A stretch of 64,000 nucleotides of DNA, taken from positions 124,001 through 188,000 of the forward strand of contig CDRNVI010000164.1 of assembly GCA_977017575.1 (NCBI GenBank), written 5' to 3'. How positions within the stretch are numbered: position 1 is the stretch's first letter; each line of letters begins with the position of its first letter. The notes under the pieces are model-generated. The model was given only the letters and a program-made list of their open reading frames with translations. It searched no databases and had not been told where the DNA came from. Shown piece by piece: positions 29,963-39,730 of this stretch. This DNA comes from Paramoeba atlantica. Taxonomy: Eukaryota; Protista; Discosea. The translations under genes and the position numbers were made by a program.

Positions 29963-30336
29963 TCTTCTCAAAACACAAAGACAGTTCTTTTCGAGAATTG
30001 AACAAAAAAAGAAATCGCAACAAAAAAATGAAGAAACAAAGTTTCACAAGTTTGTTGAAATCCGTTTTTGAGAACCAAATTCGAAAAAAAAGAGATTCTC
30101 TTCAAGTCCAAGTTCGAAAATTAAATTCTCTTTGAAATCTAAAAAATACCAAAATTAAATTCTCAAAAAAAAAATAACAAAAAATAACAAAAGAAAACAA
30201 AAAAAAAAGATAAAAAAATAGAAAAGAGTCAAGAAAGTTAAGAAATGGTTTTTCAAAAAGGGACTGTCAACCTCGAAATTCCTTATTGACTCAATGATTC
30301 AAACCAAGGAGAGAGTGGAGTACAAGCAACAAAAAA

Positions 30337-30720
30337 ATGAAGAGAATGCCAACAATGATTAAAGAGACAAAAAGATCCTTCTATCGCATCCGAAAAGTAA
30401 TTCATTCAGCCTTGGAAGTCAAAGTTTTTGGCAGGAAATTGCGTTGTACCTCGATGATGTATTGCATTGCGAAGTGGACTCAAGGAAAGTGGGGGAGAGA
30501 GAAAGAGGGAGAAAGAGTTTCTCAAAAGTGATCAAGATATTCATACATGAAGCAGAGGGGATCTTAACCTTAAAGTCTTTGGAGAGGGGGGGGTTTAGGG
30601 TGGAGAAGTCTGTTTTTCTGTTTCTTAAAAAAAAGAAGAGCAGTTTGCTTCACACCTCTTCAAAAAAAATTAGATTTGGGTTTTTTTTTTATCAAAATGA
30701 ACAATAAAATATCAACCTCT
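30337..30720 (+). pseudogene. ORF X relic
   Basis: Near-identical to 20035-20420. Confidence 0.4.
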
Positions 30721-31206
30721 CTTTGTTAAACGTTTAACATTTGTTCCTTTTTCCAGGAACAGTTCACAAGTTTGTTGAGATCCATTTGGAGAACCAAATT
30801 CGAAAAAAAGAAATTCGACTGAAGAGAAAAGAAAAAATATTCAAAAATTAAATTCAAAAAAGAAATTAACAAAATAAAGAAAAAAGAATGAAGAACCAAT
30901 AAAATAAAGAAAGGAATTCTCAGAATCGTGGTCATATCCACAAGTGAACTGATTTTTGATCTGAATGGTGGTGTATAATATTCACAACTTTTCCACAGAA
31001 GAGACTATCATTTTTTACAGCTTGATTTGGATCTGGAAGAAGAGAAAAGTTGTGAAATTTGGAAAGAGAAAAGAACAAACTTTCACCTTTCATTCATGTT
31101 CCCTTTTCTCATTGTCCAATACCAAAAAGAAGAAAAGAAACCAAAAAGAAAATGGTGAATTGGAGTTGGCGGATCAACCTAACTTTGCAAAAGATTGACA
31201 AGAAAT

Positions 31207-31277
31207 GCGCCGGTGGTTCAGTGGTAGAATTCTCGCCTGCCACGCGGGAGGCCCGGGTTCGATTCCCGGCCGGCGCA
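31207..31277 (+). tRNA. tRNA-Gly(GCC)
   Basis: Identical 71-nt gene; oligo-T terminator. Confidence 0.97.
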
Positions 31278-31647
31278 ACTTTTTTTTTTCTTCTTCTCAA
31301 CTCAACCTTTTTTTTTGTTTTAATTTCATGGTGAAGAAGGGTCCCAATCTAAAAACCAACCTCTCTTTTGGAGATCACCTTTTTGTTCCTGTTCAAATTC
31401 CCTCAGTTGTTGATCTCCATTTTGGAGAACCAAATCGCATGATTCTTGAAAATCAAAAATCAGAGAGAGAGATCAGAAAAAAGAAAGAGAAAGAAAACCA
31501 CACAACCTAAAATTTCCCAGGACTCTCTCCAAAACTTCAAAGGGGCCGGGGTGTTTGCACGAAAAGTTGTTCCAAACAAATTCAACCAAAAAAATAAAAA
31601 TTCACCATTTGGATTTCTCATCGAGTTAGAACTTAAGAAGAATCTCA

Positions 31648-33858
31648 TCATTTCCACAATTGAACTGATTTTTGATCTGGTTCTGAAACTAAAACTGAAC
31701 CAGATGAATGAATTCCAATTCTTGAAGGATTCTTCATCTTCCCAAATCCAAAAGAAAAAAGAAAAGTTCCATCTTTCTCAAATACACTCACTCTCCCATT
31801 TCCCCAATCACCAACAATAATTCGACCATTCCCATCAACATCAACACCTCTTGGAGTCTTCAATTGAGAATCTTTTGATCCTCTTTCTCCAAAAGTTCGA
31901 ATAAAATTTCCTTCAATTCCCATCACTTGAATTCGATGATTCCAAGTATCTGAAATAACAAGATTACCATCTCCATCAACTACCACACAACAAGGACGGT
32001 TAAATTGACCTTCAGAAGAACCCTCAGTCCCAAAACATCGAATAAAACATCCATCATAACTAAACACTTGAATTCGATGATTCTCACTATCAACAACAAT
32101 AATTCTACCTTCTTCATCAACATCAATCCCATGTGGTTTGTTGAATTGACCAGGTTGAGAACCTTCACATCCAAATGATCTTATCAAACTACCTTCTTTG
32201 TTCAACACCATCACTTTCGATTTTGGTTGGTAAAGACCAACAATCTCATCATTCAACCCAATTGCAACATCAATAAAAGTTCCATCAACTTTGAGAGTTT
32301 GAATCAAAGATCCTTCTTTGTTTCTAATTCCTAACTCCCTTTCATTATGACAAACAATAAAGTTACCATCAATGTTCTCAACAATTCCCCAAGGTTTTTC
32401 ATCACAACAAAAGGAAGAAATAAATTCCATTCGATCACCAATCACTCCTTTCTTTTTTCGATTCAAAAGTGAAACATCAAGTTCATCAATAAGATCATTT
32501 GCAATTTGAAGAAAAGTTGAAAAGAGATCTTCATCGAAAAGAGAATCAGTTGTTGGAGTTTGAGACAATCTAAGAATTGTATCACACCTCATTCTCAAAT
32601 CAACTTTCTCTAAATCTAAATCTTTCTTCATCACTTTCTTGTTCATTAATTTCTCTTCTAATTCTTGAATCTCTTGTTCTACTTTTCTTGTTTCCTTTTC
32701 AACAAACTCCAATCTCTTTTCCAATCCAACTCCAATCTTCAAAATCTCATTCCTCTTTCTCAAAACACTCTTTTCTAACGAATAAACATTCTGTTGATGT
32801 TCACCATGAATTTCAAGAACACAATCCATACAAACAAAAAGAGAACACTCAAAACAAAACCCACTCAAATTCTCAGATGGGTGAGTTAAACAATGTTTCT
32901 TCTTCAAACTTTCTAATCCCCCATCATTCTCATGTTGTTGGTTTCTTCTTCCTTCTTGTTGTTGGTTTTGTTGGTTTTCACGTTTGTGGTTTCGAGAGAA
33001 AGGATTGGAGGAATGAGATTGTTCACAAGAATCACAAATGAAAACTTCACATTTAGAACAATACATTGAAGTTCGTTCTCCACACTTTCCGAAATTCGCA
33101 CATTTTTTTGTTTCATCTGTTTACTTTGTTAATGAGGGGGTATTTTCTTTGTGTTTGTGTTTGTTGTTTGTGGAACAATTGTTTTGTGGTGGGGTGAGTG
33201 TGAGGTGAATTGTTTCATTTGAAAACACAAAAGAAAAAGAAAGGAAAGAAAAACATGGAGTTGGAGGAAGACAGAAAGAAGGAATCTTTGAAGATTCAAT
33301 CACATCAATCGTTTCAGGAATTAAATAATTGGAATCAAATGATTTAATTGTCTCACATCTTCCTCCTCCTTCTCCTTCAATCTCTTTTCGACAAACTGGA
33401 CAACATCTCTTCTTCTTCCCACCATCACTCAAACAACAACTTGAACTAGAAGAAGAAGAAGAAGAAGAAGAACCATCGACTTGAAGAGGAGAAAGAAAAA
33501 GATTGGGACCACCATCACCGCTGCCACCACCACCACCACCACCACCATCACCACTCTCAGAAGTTGAAGTTGAAGTTGAAATTTGTTGAGAGGAGAAGAA
33601 GAGTTTGTTGAGACAATCAGAACAAAAAGAGTGGCCACAAGGTAATGATCTCGGTTCTCTTTCCCATCTCATCATTTCAAAACAAATCAAACATTCAAAC
33701 CCTCTCCTTTCTTCACACTCTTTCCTTTCTGTTTCTTCTTCTTCTTCTTTTCCTTTTTCAATTAACTTCTCTTCCTTGGTCTTTTCTCCCTCCTTCTCTC
33801 CCTTCTTTCTCTTTTTCTCTTCTCCTTGTTCAGTTTTCACTTGTTTCCTCTTTCCCAT
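31648..33858 (-). CDS. TRIM-NHL copy F
   Basis: Same architecture; intron 33117-33254; open frames; retrotransposon inserted ~125 bp upstream of the ATG. Confidence 0.92.
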
Positions 33859-33986
33859 TTTTCCACAAGAGTATCCCCAATTTTGGTAACAACAAAAAAC
33901 AATTCAAAACAACAGAAAGAAGAGGAGAAGGTCACCACAAACAACAAACAACAAACAACAAACAACAAACAACAAACAAACAAAAA

Positions 33987-34214
33987 TGAACCCTTCCCAC
34001 AAGGAGCACAGCTCCGAGTGGAGAAGGGAGTTTTTGCAGAAGAACAGTTTATTTCCTTTTAAGTGTTGTTTCTGTTAGGAAACAGTTTTGTGTCGAAAGA
34101 AGAAAGATTTGTGACTTCTCTTGTTTTTTCTGTCTTCCGCTTTCCTTCTGCCCTTTTCAATAGGCTGTGTTTTTTCCTCCCTTCTGCTTCCTCCCCACCT
34201 TTTCGTTCTTGCGC
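33987..34214 (+). repeat. Split direct repeat A1 (228 bp)
   Basis: Reads identical to 38476-38703. Confidence 0.95.
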
Positions 34215-34237
34215 AAGGTTACCTGTGCGTTTGTGGA

Positions 34238-34410
34238 TTGAGCGTTAAAATTCACGTCGTTGGTTGTTTGGTGGGTTGAGCGTCAAAATCCACATCGTTT
34301 GTTCGTTTGGTGAATTGAGCGTCAAAATTCACGTCGCTGGTTGTTTGGTGGGTTGAGCGTTAAAATCCACATCGTTTGTTCGTTTGGTGAATTGAGCGTT
34401 AAAATTCACA
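34238..34410 (+). repeat. Leader tandem repeat: alternating 38/39-bp units starting TTGAGCGT(T/C)AAAAT(T/C)CAC
   Basis: Four full units in a-b-a-b order plus a partial fifth that ends at the gag ATG. Confidence 0.9.
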
Positions 34411-35451
34411 ATGCCAACCAGGTCAGGGGGACCTCCCAGAGACGTGACAGTTCTTAGGAATTTATTCAAAGATAACCCGGTTTTAAACACATTGAAGACG
34501 TTCAAAAGACGAGAGCTCGACAATATTGTCGAGGAGCTTGGTCTGGAGCCACCAACAGCCCCCAACATTCAGAAGTTGGCAAAACTGGTGTTTGATGAAA
34601 GACAGAGGTTCCTACCTCAGACCGAGATAGTGCTGGCAGCAGATCTTCCACCCGCAGAGCCACCCACAGAACCACCAGGGGGTGTGTTGTGTGGCCGGAA
34701 TGGAATCCCAAGAACGGTGGGAGGCCTCACTGTCAGGGAGAACCCGCCTATAACACCCTACTCTCACCCAAGGGAAGACCCCCCTCAACAACCCAGGGGA
34801 GTTCCCAGAGTATCGACCATTGTGGTACCTGACCTAGAAGTGAGGGTGTCAGAGCTGCAACTCGTGAAGCAGAGGCTTCAGAGCTCGGCTGAGAAGCTGT
34901 TCCCTGACCCACCAACTTCCTACTCCACAAGAACAAGTGAGGAGGCCGCAATTCTAACACGTGCAGTACGGACATTGGCCATCTTACATGGATTGTTGGC
35001 AGGGGAAGGGGGGATGATGACCCCAACCCTGGTTGCAGAGGAAATCAGGGAGGTTCAACAGGACTTATGTCAGAGGTTGATCCAACTCGAGGTGTTCGAA
35101 AAGGAGGGATGGAGGGTCGCCAAGTGGGTAGCCACGAGCCAGGAATCTTTTATGGACTCAAAAATGGTTCAGGATCAGATGAAAGCGGCAAGGAAGACAG
35201 CTGCGATCGTGAAGGAGCCCAAGAAGAAGAAGGACGCCCCACCCAGATACGTGTGGGCGCAGCCCACCAACACTGGTTTTAACCCTTACCCTGCGACCCT
35301 GCCGCAGAATCAGTGGAAGCCACAACAACGGGTGTCCTTCACGCCATCGCCTCCGAAGGATATGTCAAAGATAATCTGTTTTAAGTGTCAGCAATATGGG
35401 CACTATAAATCACAATGTCCTGCGGCCCAGGGAGGCCAAGGGAAGCCATGA
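34411..35451 (+). CDS. Gag-like protein with C-terminal CCHC zinc knuckle
   Basis: CFKCQQYGHYKSQC; first ORF of the element. Confidence 0.88.
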   Translation: MPTRSGGPPRDVTVLRNLFKDNPVLNTLKTFKRRELDNIVEELGLEPPTAPNIQKLAKLVFDERQRFLPQTEIVLAADLPPAEPPTEPPGGVLCGRNGIPRTVGGLTVRENPPITPYSHPREDPPQQPRGVPRVSTIVVPDLEVRVSELQLVKQRLQSSAEKLFPDPPTSYSTRTSEEAAILTRAVRTLAILHGLLAGEGGMMTPTLVAEEIREVQQDLCQRLIQLEVFEKEGWRVAKWVATSQESFMDSKMVQDQMKAARKTAAIVKEPKKKKDAPPRYVWAQPTNTGFNPYPATLPQNQWKPQQRVSFTPSPPKDMSKIICFKCQQYGHYKSQCPAAQGGQGKP

Positions 35452-38390
35452 GTTATGAAAAGAGGTCGCGTTCTGGATCAAGTGTCTGGAACACATCCGA
35501 AGGGAGGCAAGTGCAGGAAGGTAACAGAAACACCAAGGGTGGTTGGGGCTCTAGCAGCAAAATGGGAGGAATGGCAGAAGGAAGGGGTCTCAGAATACTT
35601 GGTAAAAGCAGTCAAGGAGGGTTTGGATTTTGTACCGAGGGGTGCGCAACTTCTGGAAGGCTCGTTTGTTCAACCTTGGCCCCTGGAGAAAAAACAAGGC
35701 GACTGGATGTTAGCAGAGATAAAGAGGTTGGTGCGGGCAGGGAGTGTTATAGATCTGGGGGAGCAGGACTCCATGCCAGAGGAACTCAGCTTTGCGTCTC
35801 CAATGTTCCTCGTCCCCAAGGTTGGACCGAAGCTGTGGCGACTGGTCATAGACATGAGGACTCTCAACAGTGGGCTATTTCCCCCGAAGTTCAAGATGGA
35901 AAGGCTCGAGGAGATGGTTCGACTGACTGGCCCAGGGTGGTGGATGTTTACACTCGATCTCTGCGAGGGTTACTTCCATCAGGGTCTGTCGAAGCGAGCG
36001 AAGAAGTGGGCTGGAGCAGTTTTTCTAAACCCACTGACAGGAAAGAAACATTGGATCCAGTATCAAGTCCTCCCGTTTGGTCTCAATCTCTCCCCACATC
36101 ACTTCACAGAGCTGGTGAAACCACTCTTGAAGAGGTGGAGAAGGCAGGGGATAGTATGTATGGCTTACATCGACGATCTGGCTTTCGCAGCGAAATCAAA
36201 GGAAGAAGCTCTCAGAATCAGATTAATTGTGGCGGTGGATTTAAAGAGACTGGGTTGGGTCCGTCACCCAAAAAAGGGTCAATGGGAGCCAGCCCAGGTG
36301 GTGGAATACTTGGGTTTGGTTGTGGACCTGAGGGAAGGAAGATGGAGAATTCCCACAAAGAAGATTCAGTCACTAGTAAACCTCCTCGAAGCTGCGCTTG
36401 GGGGCCAGCAGGTGACAGCCAAGACACTTGCTCGCCTACTCGGGAAGATCTTATCACTCCAGAGAGCCATCCCTTTGGCAAAGCTGTACTCGAGGGAGAC
36501 CTTCAATGCAGTTCACGACGGGGGAGTTTATGTATGTGGGGATTGGAGGAGAACCATCCAATTACCAGAAACTGCAAGGAGCGAGCTGAGAGAGGTCCTC
36601 AAGCTAGTCAAGAGTGGCCTGGGAGCACCATTGTGGAGACCACCAGTGATGCAAGTTGTCACTGCCGACGCTTGTCCAAAGGGATGGGGTGGCCATTTAG
36701 AACCTCACCTTCAGCTACCACCAGCAGGGGGAGCCTTCAAACCCCACCTCTTGGATCTGGGAATAGAGATGAAGGAGGCCCTGGCTCTTTTGTACACTCT
36801 TCAGTCTTACACAGACCACCTGAGGGGAAGAAGCATTGCAGTAAGAACAGACAATATGTGGCTGGCAAGTTACCTCAGGAACGAGGGGGGCAATGGCTCG
36901 GCCCATCAGCGGAATCTCTCACGAATGGTCAAGGAGATATTCTTGTGGGCACTATCAAACGAGGCTATAATCGTAGATGTTCAGTGGCTCCCCTCCAAAG
37001 AGAACGTTCTGGCAGACGACATGTCCAGAGTCGAGGACCATGGGAACTGGAGGGTAGCAGACGAGGTTTTCCGAATTGCAGAAGAGAAATGGGGGCCTCA
37101 CACAGTGGACCGGATGGCCTCTGGGGAGAACAAAAAGTGCAAACGGTTCAACTCTTGGAGGTTCTGTCCAGGAGCGGAAGCGATCAACACATTCACAGTG
37201 GACTGGCTTGGGGAGAACAATTGGGTCGCCCCGCCACTCGCAATGATCCCATTGGTTCTGGACCACATTGCAAGGACAGGAGCAGTAGCAACCCTGTGTA
37301 TTCCAACCTGGAGAGCCATGTGGTCCCCTCTCCTAGACGAGATGCGGAGCGAAAGCATAATACTCCATCAAAGCCCAGCAGAGTTAACCACACCAGAAGC
37401 CAATGGGGGACAAGAAATACTAAAGAATCCACTTTGGAGGCTACAATTGGTCAGGGTAAAGGGCACCCGGAGGTGGACTGGGAGGAACTACTAAGAAAGG
37501 CTGAGCAACTGGCAGGTGCCTCGATCGCCCAATCAACTCATTTATCTTACTCCGCTGCGTTTGGCCTATTTGAGTCCTTTACCAAATCCTATGGAGCTCG
37601 AGCTCTGCCTGCTGCTGCAGACACAATTTTCTCTTTCATTGCCTGGTTAGAGGTTCAAGGAAAGGGAAGAAGGGTCCCACACCACATAGCAGCAGTGTCA
37701 TGGATGCATAAAAAGAAGGGCTTGACAGATTACACCAAGGCAGTCAAGGTCCAGATGGCACTCCAGGGAGTGGCGAGATGTGAGGCACAAGAAAAGATGG
37801 ACGTGCGAAGTCCTTTCCCTCTGGAAGCCTTGAAGAAATGGGTGGAGGGTACGCGTAAGACACATTCTGTGCGAGAGTTGAGGGATCCTGCAATTGTGGC
37901 CCTGGGGATCCGTTGCATGCGCAGACCTGGAGAACTTTGTGAACTCAAGGTGAGACACGTTAAGGAAGACGCTTGTGGCCTACGAGTTTTCCTGGCCAAG
38001 TCCAAGACAGACCAGACGATGACCGGGAAGTGGATGCACATCGATGCGGTCCCAGATTCTCCCACATGTCCAGTTTTATTGCTCAAGGGTTATCTGAACC
38101 AGAGAAAGAATTTGTCCCCAGAGCAGCCCTTGTTCGTCTCAGGGAAGGGGTTGGCAATGTCATCCTCAGGGATTTCCAGTGTGGTTAAGAACATGTGTAA
38201 GGCTGGGGGTTTCTTGGACAAGGTCTCGGGTCATAGCCTAAGGATTGCAGGTGCAACATTGGCTGTCAGGGGTGGACTTTCTATGGCTGAAATTTGCGCA
38301 ATTGGAGGATGGAAATCTGAAGCAGTGCTTCTTTACCTCAGGGACTGTGCTGCTGCACAGAGGGGTGCCTCCACTGCCATGGGATTTTGA
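35415..38390 (+). CDS. Tyrosine recombinase ORF (catalytic domain in roughly the last 300 aa; N-terminal part overlaps the RT ORF)
   Basis: R (CMRRPGEL), K (KSKTDQ), HxxR (GHSLRIAGA), GW..Y (IGGWKSEAVLLY); true start codon uncertain. Confidence 0.9.
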   Translation: MSCGPGRPREAMSYEKRSRSGSSVWNTSEGRQVQEGNRNTKGGWGSSSKMGGMAEGRGLRILGKSSQGGFGFCTEGCATSGRLVCSTLAPGEKTRRLDVSRDKEVGAGRECYRSGGAGLHARGTQLCVSNVPRPQGWTEAVATGHRHEDSQQWAISPEVQDGKARGDGSTDWPRVVDVYTRSLRGLLPSGSVEASEEVGWSSFSKPTDRKETLDPVSSPPVWSQSLPTSLHRAGETTLEEVEKAGDSMYGLHRRSGFRSEIKGRSSQNQINCGGGFKETGLGPSPKKGSMGASPGGGILGFGCGPEGRKMENSHKEDSVTSKPPRSCAWGPAGDSQDTCSPTREDLITPESHPFGKAVLEGDLQCSSRRGSLCMWGLEENHPITRNCKERAERGPQASQEWPGSTIVETTSDASCHCRRLSKGMGWPFRTSPSATTSRGSLQTPPLGSGNRDEGGPGSFVHSSVLHRPPEGKKHCSKNRQYVAGKLPQERGGQWLGPSAESLTNGQGDILVGTIKRGYNRRCSVAPLQRERSGRRHVQSRGPWELEGSRRGFPNCRREMGASHSGPDGLWGEQKVQTVQLLEVLSRSGSDQHIHSGLAWGEQLGRPATRNDPIGSGPHCKDRSSSNPVYSNLESHVVPSPRRDAERKHNTPSKPSRVNHTRSQWGTRNTKESTLEATIGQGKGHPEVDWEELLRKAEQLAGASIAQSTHLSYSAAFGLFESFTKSYGARALPAAADTIFSFIAWLEVQGKGRRVPHHIAAVSWMHKKKGLTDYTKAVKVQMALQGVARCEAQEKMDVRSPFPLEALKKWVEGTRKTHSVRELRDPAIVALGIRCMRRPGELCELKVRHVKEDACGLRVFLAKSKTDQTMTGKWMHIDAVPDSPTCPVLLLKGYLNQRKNLSPEQPLFVSGKGLAMSSSGISSVVKNMCKAGGFLDKVSGHSLRIAGATLAVRGGLSMAEICAIGGWKSEAVLLYLRDCAAAQRGASTAMGF
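35455..37494 (+). CDS. Reverse transcriptase - RNase H - Dam-like methyltransferase polyprotein
   Basis: RT motifs SPMFLVPK..WRLVIDMR, LDLCEGYFH, LPFGL..SP, AYIDD; RNase H VTADAC..GWG, EALA, TDN, ENVLADDMSR; DIRS-type MT HTVDRMAS..KCKRFNS..WLGENNWVAPP..IPTW. Confidence 0.93.
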   Translation: MKRGRVLDQVSGTHPKGGKCRKVTETPRVVGALAAKWEEWQKEGVSEYLVKAVKEGLDFVPRGAQLLEGSFVQPWPLEKKQGDWMLAEIKRLVRAGSVIDLGEQDSMPEELSFASPMFLVPKVGPKLWRLVIDMRTLNSGLFPPKFKMERLEEMVRLTGPGWWMFTLDLCEGYFHQGLSKRAKKWAGAVFLNPLTGKKHWIQYQVLPFGLNLSPHHFTELVKPLLKRWRRQGIVCMAYIDDLAFAAKSKEEALRIRLIVAVDLKRLGWVRHPKKGQWEPAQVVEYLGLVVDLREGRWRIPTKKIQSLVNLLEAALGGQQVTAKTLARLLGKILSLQRAIPLAKLYSRETFNAVHDGGVYVCGDWRRTIQLPETARSELREVLKLVKSGLGAPLWRPPVMQVVTADACPKGWGGHLEPHLQLPPAGGAFKPHLLDLGIEMKEALALLYTLQSYTDHLRGRSIAVRTDNMWLASYLRNEGGNGSAHQRNLSRMVKEIFLWALSNEAIIVDVQWLPSKENVLADDMSRVEDHGNWRVADEVFRIAEEKWGPHTVDRMASGENKKCKRFNSWRFCPGAEAINTFTVDWLGENNWVAPPLAMIPLVLDHIARTGAVATLCIPTWRAMWSPLLDEMRSESIILHQSPAELTTPEANGGQEILKNPLWRLQLVRVKGTRRWTGRNY

Positions 38391-38424
38391 TGGCTCTTTG
38401 CACTTTGCTGCGTCTTCTGGAGAT

Positions 38425-38471
38425 CCCGTGCATTCCATCTCTGCTTTCCTTTCCCCTTTGGTGATGACTCC
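38425..38471 (+). repeat. Split direct repeat B1 (47 bp), joined via AAAA to A2
   Basis: CCCGTGCATTCCATCTCTGCTTTCCTTTCCCCTTTGGTGATGACTCC is identical to 38932-38978. Confidence 0.95.
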
Positions 38472-38475
38472 AAAA

Positions 38476-38703
38476 TGAACCCTTCCCACAAGGAGCACAG
38501 CTCCGAGTGGAGAAGGGAGTTTTTGCAGAAGAACAGTTTATTTCCTTTTAAGTGTTGTTTCTGTTAGGAAACAGTTTTGTGTCGAAAGAAGAAAGATTTG
38601 TGACTTCTCTTGTTTTTTCTGTCTTCCGCTTTCCTTCTGCCCTTTTCAATAGGCTGTGTTTTTTCCTCCCTTCTGCTTCCTCCCCACCTTTTCGTTCTTG
38701 CGC
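38476..38703 (+). repeat. Split direct repeat A2
   Basis: Reads identical to A1. Confidence 0.95.
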
Positions 38704-38922
38704 CCCACCCGCCCACCCGTCAGCGTTTCGGGAGTTTGGGCAGTGGTCTTGTCAGCCTCGCCGTTCTCGACCAGTTTGTGTCTGCAGGGCTGTACAATGG
38801 GAGAGAAAAGACTATTTTGTCATGTTTAATGCAAGAAAGAGGGCGGGCGCTGTTTTGTATTGTTTTGATCGGATTATAAGGTGTTGTATCTGTTATAATT
38901 AGCTTTGAAAGTAACTTTATTT

Positions 38923-38928
38923 AATAAA
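38923..38928 (+). promoter_or_regulatory. Possible polyadenylation signal of the retroelement
   Basis: AATAAA immediately upstream of B2. Confidence 0.35.
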
Positions 38929-38931
38929 ATA

Positions 38932-38978
38932 CCCGTGCATTCCATCTCTGCTTTCCTTTCCCCTTTGGTGATGACTCC
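38932..38978 (+). repeat. Split direct repeat B2 (right end of element)
   Basis: Identical to B1; host sequence AAAAAGCTAAATTTGGG resumes after it. Confidence 0.95.
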
Positions 38979-39184
38979 AAAAAGCTAAATTTGGGTCTCT
39001 TTTTTTTCATCTTTCATTTATTTTGGGTTGAAAGAGAGAACATTCATATTCTCTGAATGTTGGTGTGTTGAGTCCTGGAAATGGATCCATTTGAAAAAGA
39101 AGAGAACTTTCAATTTGAATCTTCAATTATTTGAATGTTGAAAAAGTGAATGGTTTTTACAATCTCAATGTTTTTGTTTTTAAG

Positions 39185-39730
39185 ATTTGATATTTCCATC
39201 ACCAAAGGGAAAAACATTTGAGGGGAGATGGGTTTTTTAAGAAGAGAAAGGAGAGTTATCAAGCAGCTGTACAAAGACTCCTCGTCAACCAGATTTGTAA
39301 GAGAGAGGTTTTGAGAGATCACCAAAGTCAAGACAAGAAGAGAAGGAAATCCTTGTGGATCTGTGGTGGCTGGTGCGAGGTGGGAGACATTATTATTGAA
39401 CCAGGTCTCCTCCAACAAGGATTAAAAAGACAAAAAGATCCTCAATCGCATCCGAAAAGTAATTCGTTCAGTCTTGGGAGCTGAAGTTTTTGACAAGAAC
39501 CATCCAATCAACATAGTGCAAGAAATTGAGTTGCAGAATTCTGGAGGGAAAGAAGAGTTTTTGATCTTTCAGAGAGGTTGGAGGAGAGACTCAGTCATGC
39601 AAAAGTGGTGGAGAGAGAGGAAGAGGGAGAAAGTGTTTCTCAAAAGTGATCAAGATATTCATCCATGAAGCGGAGGGGATCTTAACCTTAAAGTCTTTGG
39701 GGAGAGGATGGAAGAGGTGTCAGTTTTTCT
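39185..39730 (+). pseudogene. ORF X relic, long form
   Basis: Near-identical to 23880-24430. Confidence 0.4.

Larger units (their letters stand above)
33987..38978 (+). mobile_element. Tyrosine-recombinase (DIRS-order) retrotransposon with split direct repeats, PAT/TOC-like
   Basis: Layout A1-gag-RT/RH/MT-YR-B1A2-spacer-B2; no target-site duplication; empty sites at ~23671-23690 and ~44539-44555; visibly more GC-rich than the host DNA. Confidence 0.95.

Noticed and set aside
34238-34410. CRISPR-like array
   Set aside because: The units are contiguous tandem repeats; the intervening sequences repeat (a-b-a-b) rather than being unique spacers; there are no cas genes and the context is a eukaryotic retroelement.
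33987-38703. LTR retrotransposon (A1/A2 as LTRs)
   Set aside because: No DDE integrase or protease, no TG..CA ends, no target-site duplication; the element extends past A2 to B2 and encodes a tyrosine recombinase.
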